Source: Amoebophrya sp. A120
Lineage: Eukaryota > Protista > Dinoflagellata
Direction of reading: 5' to 3'
Assembly (NCBI GenBank): GCA_905178155.1
Contig: CAJINV010000023.1
Coordinates: forward strand, 274,722-338,721
DNA length: 64,000 nucleotides
Every line of letters starts with the position of its first letter. Position 1 is the first letter of the stretch. A program made the translations under genes and the position numbers. Of the stretch, positions 27,557 to 40,873 are shown piece by piece. The notes beneath the pieces were generated by a model. The model was given only the letters and a program-made list of their open reading frames with translations. It had not been told where the DNA came from and did no database searches.

Positions 27557-28519
27557 AAGATCGCGGATGACACACGACAACACAGGGTCGCACTCACACC
27601 TTTGCATTTTTATATCTCTTCGCTCTACTACAACAAATATTGGTTTTGAATTTTCCGAATTATAGGAATAGCCGTCATTCGAAAAGTGAAAAAGTGTGTT
27701 TTTGCGTGAAACCACACCAAAATCGTAGATCATGTTTTTTGTACAATTGATACCGTATCAAAGTTGGCTGATTCTAGTAGTGCGCGAAAAAGGTAAGTAG
27801 GTTCGTACTGTATGATTGTATTTGCCTCGGTTTGAAGTGCTGCGCCGAAAACGTAACTTTACTCTGTTTCTTTCCGATCTCGATCATCTAGTTTTTTATT
27901 AATTTAAGCGACAAACGAATCTTCGCGCTCATTTGATGTGCCGCGACAAACTGTGCGAAAAAATGTATCCAAATCTGTTTCGATCATCTCTGTAGTGGCA
28001 CACTAAAATAACCGATTTTCTTGCCCATTCTCGAATAAGCCCCTGCAGCGCCAGCGGGAAACCAAAAAACTATAGAAGCTTGACCGGGCGAGTTGCCAAA
28101 AATGAACATCAGCAGCAAAGAGTGCGCAGCAAAGAGATTGTCGTGCTGCGTCTGGAGAATAATCGCAGGTAGGCAGAAAAGACTCACACCTTCACGTAAT
28201 GGGTTGGCTGCCTGCTCTACCTGTTGCGTTGTTCTGTTGTTGATGAGGATCGCCGTTCGTTGTGTTGTTTGCCTTCCTGACACTACTTGGTCTTGGACCT
28301 CGCGGGAACATGAGTGGCAGACTTGTCACTCACGACTAGTTCAGTTCCTCAAAACTGCACTGCATTGTTCCGCTTAACAAGTCTGTATCACGTGTTTTTG
28401 TGTTACTGTGTGTTTTAATTTCGTCAAAGAAAAGCCAACTCCTTCAGCCGGAGTCAGAGCGTTCGCGATTTCCATTTAAGTATGTTATTTCGGCAGTGCT
28501 AAAATTGGCATCATAACAA

Positions 28520-30720
28520 AAGTCGTAATTTTCTGCATCTTGTCGTGCCTTTGGTACCTACCACCGGGGATGAAGGAGCGGAGGCAAAGTGGCTGATAGG
28601 GAAAGTCCAAGCTAGGCCCTGTAAACAAGTACGTTTGCAAATGTTTTTTTTGCTCCAGAAGTAGCCGGAAAACAAGGAAACATCTTTTCCGCGACGTGCT
28701 ACTCTGCTTCCAGTGGACTTGCTCAAAGATTCCACTGCCCTCCGTATATTCTTCTCCAATGTCTACCACAGCATGCGGAGATGTGTTGTATAGTTTCGCT
28801 TTCGAAATGTTGAAAATCAAGCCACAAACCAAAGACAACACCTGTCGCATGTCATGGCGCGTGTCTTCGAGCCCGGCGGAGGGGTAGCGGAGACCAAATC
28901 GCAAACAGCAATAGTCTAATGTAGGTCGTGCGAGAAAATGTTCTCGCGAATTTTGATTTTTTGTTTCAAAATCCGCACCCACAGATAACATATGTTTCCC
29001 GCATGGTGCTCTGATCCCGGTTGACCTTCTCAAGGCCTCCGCTGCCCCTCCGTAGTGTGGGCCAATATTTACCCCAGCATGCGGAATAGATGTTTTTTTG
29101 ATCTCGGTTTGAAAATGTTGAAAATCATACACCAAACCTAAAAGAACTTTCGCCGCCTGGTATGGCGCGTTTGGTAGATCCCGCCGGAGGGGTAGCGGAG
29201 GCCAAGTGGCTACCAGTAGTAGTCCAATTTAGGTCGTGCGAGAAAATGTTCTCGCGAGTTGTGACTTTTTGGTCCAAAATCCGCACCAACCTAAAATATA
29301 TGCTTTCCGCATGCTGCTCTGGTTTTGTTGGACCTCCTCGAGGCCTCCGCTGCCCCTCCGTAGTCTTGACCAATGTCTACCATAGCATGCCGATTCAAGG
29401 CGTTTTTGATTTCGGCCTCAAAATGTTGAAAAGCTATGCCCAAATCAAAAACAACATTCGCCGCATGATACGGCGCGTTTGGTCGAGCCCGCCGGAGGGG
29501 TAGCGGAGGCCAAGTGGCGAGCAGTGGTAGTCCAATTTAGGCCGTGCGAGAAAATATTATCGCGACGTGCATTTTTTTGGTCAAAAAGCCGCATCAACGC
29601 AAAATATATGTTTTCCGCACAGTACTCTGATCCCGACTGATCTCCTCGTAGCCTCCGCTGCCCCTCCGTAGTGTGGGCCAATATTTACCCCAGCATGCGG
29701 AATAGATGTTTTTTTGATCTCGGTTTGAAAATGTTGAAAATCATACACCAAACCTAAAAGAACTTTCGCCGCCTGGTATGGCGCGTTTGGTAGATCCCGC
29801 CGGAGGGGTAGCGGAGGCCAAGTGGCTACCAGTAGTAGTCCAATTTAGGTCGTGCGAGAAAATGTTCTCGCGAGTTGTGATTTTTTGGTCCAAAATCCGC
29901 ACCAACATAAAATATATGCTTTCCGCATGCTGCTCTGGTTTTGTTGGACCTCCTCGAGGCCTCCGCTGCCCCTCCGTAGTCTTGACCAATGTCTACCATA
30001 GCATGCCGATTCAAGGCGTTTTTGATTTCGGCCTCAAAATGTTGAAAAGCTATGCCCAAATCAAAAACAACATTCGCCGCATGATACGGCGCGTTTGGTC
30101 GAGCCCGCCGGAGGGGTAGCGGAGGCCAAGTGGCGAGCAGTGGTAGTCCAATTTAGGCCGTGCGAGAAAATATTATCGCGACGTGCATTTTTTTGGTCAA
30201 AAAGCCGCATCAACGCAAAATATATGTTTTCCGCACAGTACTCTGATCCCGACTGATCTCCTCGTAGCCTCCGCTGCCCCTCCGTAGTGTGGGCCAATAT
30301 TTACCCCAGCATGCGGAATAGATGTTTTTTTGATTTCGGTTTGAAAATGTTGAAAATCATGCACCAAACCTAAAAGAACTTTCGCCGCATGGTATCGCGC
30401 GTTTGGTAGATCCCGCCGGAGGGGTAGCGGAGGCCAAGTGGCTACCAGTAGTAGTCCAATTTAGGTCGTGCGAGAAAATGTTCTCGCGAGTTGTGATTTT
30501 TTGGTCCAAAATCCGCACCAACGTAAAATATATGTTTTCCGCATGCTGCTCTGGTTTCGTTAGACCTCCTCGAGGCCTCCGCTGCCCCTCCGTAGTCTGG
30601 ACCAATGTCTGCCGAAGCATGCGAAATAGATGTCCTAGTCTTTTTGGCTTTGATTATTTCAAAATGCTGGAATTCAGTCTCCAAACCAAGAACAACACTC
30701 GCCGTATGGCATGGCGCATG
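28520..30720. repeat. 308-bp satellite array 2 (about 7 units, ABAB 616-bp higher-order repeat)
   Basis: Forward motif cggaggggtagcggagg at ~28877, 29185, 29493, 29801, 30109, 30417. Units alternate between two variants, and the ORF track repeats with period 616. Confidence 0.95.
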
Positions 30721-30760
30721 TAGTGCGGCTCAACGTCGCTGGACATCAAAGTTGAATGAA

Positions 30761-33700
30761 ATGGCGCAACGGCATGACGACCCACGAAACCAAGACTATC
30801 GCAAAAGAAAGCGGCGTTTGCTGAGCCTGAAGCTGAGCAGCAGCTTCCTTGTGTTGCTACTTATATTTCCGCTGCGAACCGTCGGAATATGCGAATTGGG
30901 TTGCAGTCTTCCGTAGGGATTGCAGCAAATGTATTTGTATCGCCATCGCGTTAGTAGTAAAAATGCATCGCCGCGACAGATAAATTTTTTCAAAAGCAAA
31001 AATGAAATCTTCATCTGTAATGCTGATATATGAATAAATAGCCTCAGGCGGCAAGGAGGTATCGCAATCAGTACGGGCGCGATACTTTTGCACAGGATAT
31101 TCCACTCCAGAGCCCGTGCGACGGGACTTTCGTTTCCCTACGAACACACGGAAGAGGCGTTCGCATTCGCGATGATCTCCAGGTGCCGGCAGCTCAAGGT
31201 GAAGCGGTTCAGGTTTTCAGAAATGACAGAATTTCCGCCGCTCGACGTCCTGGTGACCACGACAAAGAAAAAGAAGCCCTAAGTGGTACTGGTCCCGCAG
31301 CTGCTTCTGAAGATGAAAATACATCTGAACTTTTCTACTTCGAGATCGTCTGTCGTGGTTACGACTCGATTGCCGAAACTGCCCATGAAAGCGCAAGCGG
31401 GTACGTGTTCTTCAGCCTGTGCAATGGGTCCCCGTTTTACTACCGGAGATTTTGCGAGCCCGGGCTGCTGTCGTGGTTGGATGTGTACAGTCCCCTCGGG
31501 TTTATGTTCGTGATGTTTTCGGATTTGCAAAACACGTGGCTTTTCCGTCCCGTGCGAAACGTGGTCGCGCCAAAGTTAGAAAATGGACCACGACCAGGCC
31601 ACGTCGGTCCAGACGAAGCTCTGAGTATGACTCAGAGGACAAGCCGCGACCTGATGACCGCAACTTCCGCCTCCATCCGCAGAAAAAATACGAATAATGT
31701 GCGGCTCTTTCGCTTCGTCAAGCATGGGGATGTTGCGACCAGTGACAACGCCGCCACACAGAGGTATAACGGCAAGTACAACGGCGGATTGTTCTACGAA
31801 CGCTTGAGACACTTCGTGACCGTGCGCGGACGCTGGCAGCGAGAAAATAAACTTGTCGCGCAAGAGGACCAAGACAAAGGCTACTTTCTCCTAGATGCCG
31901 ACTGCCTGCACGTGCGAAGCCAGATTCCGCTCTACGGCTCGAGGAACGACGCGGAAGACGCTTTTGACGTCGCACTCGGCGTCTACGCAAGAGACCAGCA
32001 AGTGCCTTGGATCCGACGACCAGGGGAAGACGAGCCACCTAGCGGGCCGACTTCTAGGGAAACACTACAAGGACAACTTCTATTGGATTCACCACCTCCG
32101 CGAAATGTTGCAACAGGCAGGAGCGACTCGAAGTCGTCGGCAGTGGGTACTAGTCGGAGGCACGATGTTGACGAGGACGGCTGTCCCCTTTTCACGACAA
32201 ACAATCTGCTCCGACAGATGCGGGCACTGGAGTTCGAGGAAAAGGCTTTCGGGTGGTCGTCCTCCTTTTCAAGGGGTAGATCAGCGTGGTGGAGCGGGGC
32301 GAACGCCAAATCTTCCGAGCAGACAAAGGCGAGCGGTGAAGCAGACAGCATCGACAAAGACAGAGCTCCGCCGCATTGTCTATGATTTGCGAACATGGCT
32401 GGGTCTGGAACAGTGCAAACTTGTCGTGACGGTGGCTCGTCTGAATCATGACGAAAATCTGTACTGCATGAGCAACGGAAGCAGTCTCATTCTCAGACAG
32501 CTTCCGTTGCTACTCGGAGGAGAGGACATTTCTCATTCAGGATAGGCAAGAAGAACTCCTCGTGAAGAGACCCAGACATAGTTGCCATACATACTTTCTG
32601 TTGCGACTCAACGGCGGATTTCTCTTCGTGAAAGCAAACGCAAAGGGCAAGCAGTACCTGCAGCTCGTGCAGGAATTAAGCGCCTACTTCATGCGGGTTG
32701 GCGATTGCAATCCAGGCGCGGCAGTGACCCTCGAGACGCACAGAAGCCTATGAGGGTGCACAACTACCTCCTACTTCCTCTCATTTGTGATGCAGATGCA
32801 CGTCCATGAACATCAATTATACAGGTGTTGGCAAGAATCAGAGTACACGCTCCGCATGACAACTGGATGCGGTATGTTGCCTGACAAATGAGGAGAAGGG
32901 GGAGTGGCAGTTGCGCACTCTCATCAAACTTGTTGAGAATGCAGAAGGAATTTCAAGAAAGAGAGGAGCCTGCAAGTATCCTGAGGAAAGACGTTCCCAC
33001 CCCGTAGGAATGATGAGGAGGGCGTGGATTTTGCTACAAAGATCAACGTGCTACTGCTATTCTGGACCTGGACGTGGACGTTGCGCATGACAACTTTGAA
33101 TTCGCATCGTCATAGGGAGTACCTAGCTAGTCAGTACGGCTACACCACGAATCGATCTTGACATGCTGATTACTTACAGCAGGAGAACTTCCAAAAAACA
33201 ACGTAGGGGTAGAGCGATATTTTTCCACTGAAAAGCAGGTTCTACTTTCCCGCTGATGCGAAAGTATTTTCCCGAATTTTTTGAGGACCCGGCGTACGGC
33301 TTGCTCGTAAATCGCGCGTTCCGTGGACCGGACCAAGCGGCCTTTGCGCATCTTCTCTTGCCCCCAACACAAGGTAGAAACAGCGTCACTGGTGTCGCGG
33401 CTGCAAAAAATGCGACAACAAACAACGCCGAGCGCCGAAAGCTGCGTGTTGACCTCTTGCAAAGGCTGATGGAGTTTCTGAACGCGGAGACAAACGCTTG
33501 GCCGCTGTTGGACTTTTTCAACACTGACAGAAACGTAAAGACTTCGCCCGATACGTTTTTGGCGCTTCAACACAACGACCACTTCTTCCCAGACTCTGTA
33601 AAAACGAGTAACCCAGAGATCGCGAGAGCGCGACTACTTCCTATCGATCGAGTGCTACACTCGGACTCGCTCTCCGATTCCGGCGCCCTCGCACCCTACA

Positions 33701-34781
33701 CCTACGCCGTGCATCTGAAGGGCAAGCGCTTTTTCGAGAGTTCATTGAAGATGGACGCTTTGATAAAATGCTACGCAGTGTTTGCGCACGACTTTCACGA
33801 GCGGCGCAAGCGAATAGTAGACAAGCCACCATCGCCTACTTTTTCAGCTAGCTCCGACGAGGAGGGGGAAGAAAGTCGGTTCTTGATTGCTCCCCCCACC
33901 ACTTTTTCCGGATTGATGCAGGCTGCGGTGAGGTTCGTGACAAGTACAAGATCGACACGGGGAAAAATGCAATTGACTGCACCGCACGGACAAGAGCCAG
34001 GGGTTGCTTCTGCGGCTGGCCCCCGCGGACTACAGAGAAGTCGTCGCGAAGACATGCGATTTGCGGAGAAGCTGCAGCGGTTTCGGAACGCAACGAGAAT
34101 AAATCCCAAAACTTTCTTTCCACCGGAAAGCAAGAGAAGCAACAAGCTAGAGCTTTGGGACGATAGCCGGGGCACGGTGGTGGAAGTATTTGCAAAGAAC
34201 AGCGCGCAAAACAACTCGTCTGCTGAAGCGATAGGATCTTCGCCCAAGTCTCCGTCTAGAGATAAATCATCATCTTGGGGCACGTGGTATCCATTGGAGG
34301 AAAGGTATCGTGCTAGTACACGTCACATGTCGATAAATTTTCCAAGAAGGAAAGGTGAAATGCTTGCTGCTGAGTTAAGCAGTGGGAAACCAGATCTGTC
34401 ATGCTTATGCTGTACTGGAACTGATAACTACTACATCTACAATTGGTACGGGCACGATACTTGTTTTGCCTTGGACACGTGGCAAATGCGGCGCGCTTCC
34501 TGTGCTCGGTTTGCCCAAATGGTGGCATCAACAGAACTATGACTTGCAAAAGCATCGCACTCGTATAAATGCGTATACAAATTTTCTCAGCGTGAGAAAT
34601 AAAATTTGTGATGCGGATTTACCTTGACACAAAAATTTGTAAACCATGATTGCAATTACTACGAGTACTATATTTTTGCACAGGATAGGAACGCAGAGTC
34701 ACATGGAACTGGCAGAGTCTCGCGCTTTGGCTCAAGTACGCAATGTCTGCAGAAATGCTCGCTGTAGGACAGTGGAGATAG
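30761..34781 (+). CDS. GT-A fold nucleotide-diphospho-sugar glycosyltransferase-like protein with N-terminal signal anchor
   Basis: Removing five introners plus one TSD each joins MAQRHDD...LSSSFLVLLLIFPL to ORF 31183, then HCLLRLNGGFLFVK, then ORF 33256. Motifs YFLLDAD (DxD), NGGFLFV and GPDQAAF. The 3' end is uncertain. Confidence 0.65.
30914..31099. mobile_element. Introner, family A (degenerate left TIR)
   Basis: Right end gcgatacttttgcacaggata. TSD ttccg/ttcca. Removal restores the frame (CSLP|LQSPC). Confidence 0.75.
32381..32593. mobile_element. Introner, family B (diverged)
   Basis: tatgatttgcgaacatggctgggtct / agacccagacatagttgccatacata. TSD ttgtc/ctttc. Removal restores the frame. 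Confidence 0.75.
32749..32925. mobile_element. Introner, family D
   Basis: tatgagggtgcacaactacc / ggcagttgcgcactctcatc. TSD aagcc/aaact. Frame restored. Confidence 0.7.
32977..33234. mobile_element. Introner, family C (diverged)
   Basis: Left end tatcctgaggaaagacgttcccacccc. TSD gcaag/gcagg. Removal joins to ORF 33256. Confidence 0.7.
34538..34687. mobile_element. Introner, family A
   Basis: tatgacttgcaaaagcatcgcactcgt / acgagtactatatttttgcacaggata. TSD agaac/ggaac. Confidence 0.85.
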
Positions 34782-34974
34782 TACGGCGAGGCCGGGTCAG
34801 ATATCAATTTTTTCACACCGAGAGCACAGAGCAATATGGGATCAACCGCAAAGGACATCGAAAAAAGGTTGTAAAAAATTGATGCACCTTGCGCGATAAA
34901 CTAATACCCAGGGCTTCAGTGATCTAAATCAAAATCATCCGAGACGCACTTCCATTCATCTTGTCGAACAGTAA

Positions 34975-37460
34975 TAACTATAGCCTAATTTTGTTCGAGC
35001 GAGAAAATATTTTCGACAGGTGCGATTTTTTGGTCCAAAATCTTCAACAAAGAAAAAACCAACCACTTGCCGCACAGTATGACGCGTTTCGTCGATGCCG
35101 CCGGAGGGGTAGCGGAGGCCAAGTGGCGACCAGTAGTAGTCCAATTTACGTCGTGCGAGAAAATGTTCTCGCGAGTTGTGATTTTTTGGTCCAAAATCCG
35201 CACCAGCGCAAAACATATGCTTTCCGCATGCTGCTCTGGTTTAGTTGGACCTCCTCGAGGCCTCCGCTGCCCCTCCGTAGTCTGGACCAATGTCTACCAT
35301 AGCATGCCGATTCAATGCGTTTTTGATTTCGGCCTCAAAATGATGAAAAGCTATGCCCAAATCAACAACAACATTCGCCGCATGGTACGGCGAGTTTGGT
35401 CGAGGCCGCCGGAGGGGTAGCGGAGGCCAAGTGGCGAGCAGTAGTAGTCCAATTTAGGTCGTGCGATAAAGTATTATCGCGAGGTGCAATTTTTTGGTCA
35501 AAAAGCCGCATCAACGCAAAATATATGTTTTCCGCACAGTACTCTGATCCCGACTGATCTCCTCGTAGCCTCCGCTGCCCCTCCGTCGCCTGGGCCAAAG
35601 TTTATCGTAGCATGCGGAAGACATGTTTTTCCAATTTCGGTTTGAAGATATTGAAAATCGAGCCCCAAAACAAAAAGAACCTTTGCCGCATGGTACGGCG
35701 CGTTTGGTCGAGCCCGCCGGAGGGGTAGCGGAGGCCAAGTGGCGACCAGTAGTAGTCCAATTTAGGTCGTGCGAGAAAATGTTCCCGCGAGTTGTCATTT
35801 TTTGGTCCAAAATCCGCAACAACACAAAATAACCATTTTCCCCACGCTTCGCTGATTTCGCCGGACCTTCCCAACCCCTCCGCTGCCCCTCCGCAGTCTA
35901 GGCCAATGTCTACCACAGCATGCGGGATACGGGTTTTTTTGATTTTGATTTCAAATTGTTGAAAATCGACCCTGAAATCAAAAACAACATTCGCCGCATG
36001 GTACGGTGCCAGTGGTCGAGCCCGGCGGAGGGGTAGCGGAGGCCACATGGCAGAAAGTAATTGTCCAATTTAGGTCGTGCAAAAAAATACTTTCGCGCAT
36101 TGTGATTCTTTGGGCCAAAATCCGCAACAAAACAAAATAGTCATTTTCCCCACGCTACGCTGATTTCGCCGGACCTCCCCGACCCCTCCGCTGCCCCTCC
36201 GTAGTCTAGGCCAATGTCTACCACAGCATGCGGAATAGTGGTTTTTTTGATTTTGATTTTAATTTGTTGAAAATCAACCCTGAAATCAAAAACAACATTC
36301 GCCGCATGGTACGGCGCCAGTGGTCGAGCCCGGCGGAGGGGTAGCGGAGGCCACATGGCAGAAAGTAATTGTCCAATTTAGGTCGTGCAAAAAAATACTT
36401 TCGCGCATTGTGATTCTTTGGGCCAAAATCCGCAACAAAACAAAATAGTCATTTTCCCCACGCTACGCTGATTTCGCCGGACCTCCCCGACCCCTCCGCT
36501 GCCCCTCCGTAGTCTAGGCCAATGTCTACCACAGCATGCGGAATAGTGGTTTTTTTGATTTTGATTTTAATTTGTTGAAAATCAACCCTGAAATCAAAAA
36601 CAACATTCGCCGCATGGTACGGCGCCAGTGGTCGAGCCCGGCGGAGGGGTAGCGGAGGCCACATGGCAGAAAGTAATAGTCCAATTTAGGTCGTGCAAAA
36701 AAATACTTTCGCGCATTGTGATTCTTTGGGCCAAAATCCGCAACAAAACAAAATAGTCATTTTCCCCACGCTACGCTGATTTCGCCGGACCTCCCCGACC
36801 CCTCCGCTGCCCCTCCGTAGTCTAGGCCAATGTCTACCACAGCATGCCGATTAGTGTTTTTTTTGATTTTGATTTCAAATTGTTGAAAATCGACCCTGAA
36901 ATCAAAAACAAGATTCGCCGCATGGTACGGCGCCCGTGGTCGAGCCCGGCGGAGGGGTAGCGGAGGCCACATGGCAGAAAGTAGTAGTCCAATTTAGGTC
37001 GTGCAGAAAAATACTTTCGCGCATTATGATTTTTTGGGCCAAAATCCGCAACAAAACAAAATAGTCATTTTCCCCACGCTACGCTGATTTCGCCGGACCT
37101 CCCCAACCCCTCCGCTGCCCCTCCGCAGTCTAGGCCGATGTCTACCACAGCATGCGAAATAGTGGTTTTTTTGATTTCGGTTTGAAAATATTTAAAGTCG
37201 ATGCCCAAACCACAAACAACATTTGCCGCATACTATGGCGTGTTTGGTCGAGCCCGCCGGAGGGGTAGCGGAGGCCAAATGGCAACCAGTAATATGCAGA
37301 ATTTAGGTCGTCATAAGAAATACTTTCGCGAGTTGTAATTTTTTGCACCAAAATCCGCAACAAAGCAAAGTAGTGACTTTCCCCACGCTGCTCTGGTTTT
37401 GGCGGACCTCCTCGGAGCCTCCGCTGCCCTTCACTGCCTAGTCCGGACCAATGTCTACTA
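34975..37460. repeat. 308-bp satellite array 3 (about 8 units; A and B variants, then a homogeneous C variant)
   Basis: Forward motif at ~35102, 35410, 35718, 36025, 36333, 36641, 36949, 37258. Near-identical ORFs at 36141, 36449, 36757. Confidence 0.95.
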
Positions 37461-37910
37461 CAACGTTCTCGTGAGATCGTATCGACTTTATTTCAGCAAA
37501 AAGTAGGAAGACTGAGGCTGTCGCAGGGATTTGTTATATTCTCGATTCGTGGTGGTCTAGAGTAGCGCACGAGTTGTGTCTTTGTCCTTTCGTGCTCGAT
37601 CGACTCGTCTTTTGAATCCAGTCGCACTACCAGTCGTCAGTTTGTAACCCCGTCAGTTGGGTATGGGTAAGTCATTCACTCACTCAGTCATGATACCACT
37701 TCCATTCCTGCGATCTGTACATGCATCGTTGCTTCGACATCGAGTCGTTTTGCGTGGGTGTCCTCGCGGTTTCGTTTTCTTGTGAAAAGTTTATTCTGGT
37801 TTTCTTTCTGCAGACACGAAAAAATTTGAAAGCCATAGATGACATCATAGCTTCCGCTTCGAAGAGCAAAAGTACCTAGGAGTTCTTGTGCTTCAAATAC
37901 TAATGTTGCT

Positions 37911-40873
37911 GTGATAATTCCATCGAGTTTAAGTTTTTCGTTTTTTTCCAGCAGTGGTGCAAAGTATAACGGCAAGAGAATCAGAATGTCTTTCGCCCCT
38001 CCTTTCGGGATACACCACCTTGCATTCGTGGCGGTCTCGGTGTTGCATGTGACACATTCTCTCGGGCGAGCATTGCCGAGCATGTTGCGGGAACTGCAGT
38101 TGCAGTTGGAGGCTTCTCGTAACGACCCCACTCCCAACAACCTGTCGTCTCACCTGGCTCGTTTCGTGCGGAACGTGCCACAGGTCGTAGCCTACGACGC
38201 ACTCTACGCGGACGGTGCGCTCCGCACCGGAGTACACACGGGAGCAGTGGAGCTGTGTTGCCATTTCTTGGTCGACCTCTACGTGGTTACCTACCTGACC
38301 GGAAAATTTCTGGGCCTTTTTGGTGCGGATCCACAGTGGCACGTTCCGGTCTGGCGTCTCGCGTCCGCCGACGAGGTGTGGCTTGTCTGCCTGCCGTTCG
38401 TTGCGCTGCAAATAACCGCGAATACCATTCCCGGTGAGATGTACGTTGCACTGACGGTCTTGGCTGCTTGGCAGATTGCAATGATTGTCTTGCTGCTTTT
38501 GATCATGTATCGAGAGCAGTACGAACAACGAATCGCACTTGCGCCTTCAGCGGAGGAGCCAACAGCAAGCCACTGCAATCGTGAGCACGGCGCGGCTGGT
38601 GACGCTGGTCAAGTGCAAGAGCGAGTTGATCAGCGCGATGAGTCGGATGCTGCGCTTGCGAGTCAAGCACAAGATGAACGTGTCCATCATTGTCCTGGCC
38701 GGAAAATAAGCGTGCCGCGCATCATCATGCTGCCATACCTCGCTCATCCATTTACTTCTAGGCAGGCTCTTGTCTTGGCACTGGTCGCGGTAATTTGGTG
38801 CTGCCTTTTCAGCGTCAGGACGAAGCCGACGAGCTCATTTTGCTGTGGCCGTTCGTCTCCGCTGGTACCACTCTGCTTCCTGCACTTGCAGCCTCTTTAC
38901 AAAGAAACCTGAACTTCGATCTGCTGCTGTTGGTTCTGTGCTACACGGTCACGAGTGTTTTTTCGGGTCACCATGCGGACTTTTGGTATTGCCTGCAACG
39001 CGCCCTTCTGCCGTTTGCGATCGACATCCACGCTAGCAGCTGCGAAGTTGCGGGTGTTATTTCCGCATCGCGATTGCTTCTGGCGCGGATTGAAAGGCGT
39101 GTGGGACGCTTTTTCGGCGAAGCGCGCAAGACCTTTTTGCTTGCCAAGGACAGCCGCCGGACGCCAATGGCTTTCGTACGCTTCAGCGACCTTGCGGACC
39201 GCACCATCGTCGAAGGCCATTGTCAAGCTGATCGCCTGGCTGCGCCGGGCGGGAACGAAGCTGAATTGTTGCGACTGGCAGCCGAGGTTCTCGGCTGCCT
39301 GACTGCCCGCGCGGATCTCGTGCGCGACCTTGACGCAGAAAATAGTCCGTTCCTGCATGTCGATCCGAATCCCCCAAGGATAGATGGCTGGAACATCGGC
39401 AACCGTTACCGGGTAGTTTTTCGGCTAGAGGTGCTAATGGCCAAGCCGCGCGGCCGACACGCGCAGGAAGGCTCCGGTGAGACAAAAGCGCTAGAGATAC
39501 GAATCTACTCTAGCGGCAGAGCCGTGGTTACTCTGGATGGCGAAAAACACGGGTGCGCCGGGACAATAGCGATGTGGACGCCATCACATTTGCGTCTTTG
39601 TGAAAAAGGCGAGCGCAAGTACATAGAATCTTTTTGCTGTGATGCAGTTTCGACGAGAGGCATTGTACTTTTTAATCTTGGAGTTCTTCCGCTTCTTGTT
39701 AAAACGCAATCATGAAAATAAAAAGGATTGATGCAACAATACGACCCACTTCAAATTTATTCTTGACAAAACTGATCCACCAGGTGGTTGCATTTCTGGG
39801 GGGTCCCCAACAATGCGGAAGAGTACGAGCGTGGACTTGACAAGCCAATCAAGATGTGTCTCGCATATGCTGCTGAGCACGTGGGCTTGGGCACACCCGC
39901 TTCTGCAGGCAGCACCAACGAAATCGCACGGTGCGACGAGACGAACGCTATTGAGTTGTACATCCTACCGCCTTTCCGTCCCCGAGAATACGACGACATC
40001 AGCAGCGCGCCGATGGAAAGAGACATGCAAGTTTTTGGAGCACGATCTCGGCAATGCAGAGAACTTCTCTGCTTTCGCGATGCTGTTGCGCGTTTCCGAC
40101 GACGATACTCCTGCTCTATGAACTCCTCGATGGATTCGGACGCAAACGGCTTTCAAGGCTTCGACGCGGCGAACCCCGTCCTTCTTCAGTACTACTACGA
40201 CACAGTACTTTCAGAAGACCCCCCCTTCGACTACGACAGGACATTGAGAAGCTACCTTTTTCCATACCGAAGGTACCACGACTACCCGCCGTACCACGAG
40301 TACAAACGAGAGCCAGACCCGCGCTATTACCGTTCGCCCGTCTCCGCAGATGATCAAGCACGATCCGTTTCGCTGGCACGCGAGCTCCGCAGCAAGAGTG
40401 CTTGGCTCACGGCTGCCTACTACGTGCTGGCAAGCGAACACCGCAGGCTGCTGTTCTTCCCCGAAGACCAAGGTGAAAGTTTTCCAGGTCTCGAGCAAAC
40501 CTCCGACGGCCCGGAAGTGGCGGAGAGGGAGAAGCCGGACGGAACAGACTTCGAAGCGCCGGAAGAGGACGACGACAGCATTATGAGCGACACGGAGGAA
40601 TTCGGGCACGACGCGAGCGAAGAGGAGGCGGAATCCGAGCTGGTGGAAGCCCATCAAGCATCGGACCGCGAGCAGCACACGGTTGATTTCGAGGTCAAGG
40701 TCATTATTCGTGCGGAAGACGCGGCCGGGGGCTCCAGCAAAATCGAGCCTACAAAAGGGACTAGTGGACGGGTTCCACTACAAAAATTACTACAAGTACA
40801 CGTAGTACAACTACGTGCCACGACGAACGTAGGACGTCACCGACCGAGGTTGGAGCTCCTGAAGTTTCTCTGA
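37911..40873 (+). CDS. Hypothetical multi-pass membrane protein, paralog of 25081-27556
   Basis: ORFs 37911-38912, 38795-39715 and 39788-40873. GT-AG intron 39619-39783 at a similar position and phase to the paralog. An intron or frameshift near 38700-38800 is unresolved. First ATG at 37986. Confidence 0.7.

Noticed and set aside
29355-29375. tccgtag in the satellite as a spliced-leader relic or SL RNA array
   Set aside because: Only 7 nt match, mostly within the inverted motif, and the rest of the SL is absent.
28485-30723. Repeated short ORFs in the satellites as a protein family
   Set aside because: They occur in several frames on both strands, break between units, and simply follow the DNA repeat.
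28520-37460. Satellite arrays as CRISPR arrays
   Set aside because: The sequence between motifs is itself repeated rather than unique, the period is 308 bp, there are no cas genes, and the context is eukaryotic.
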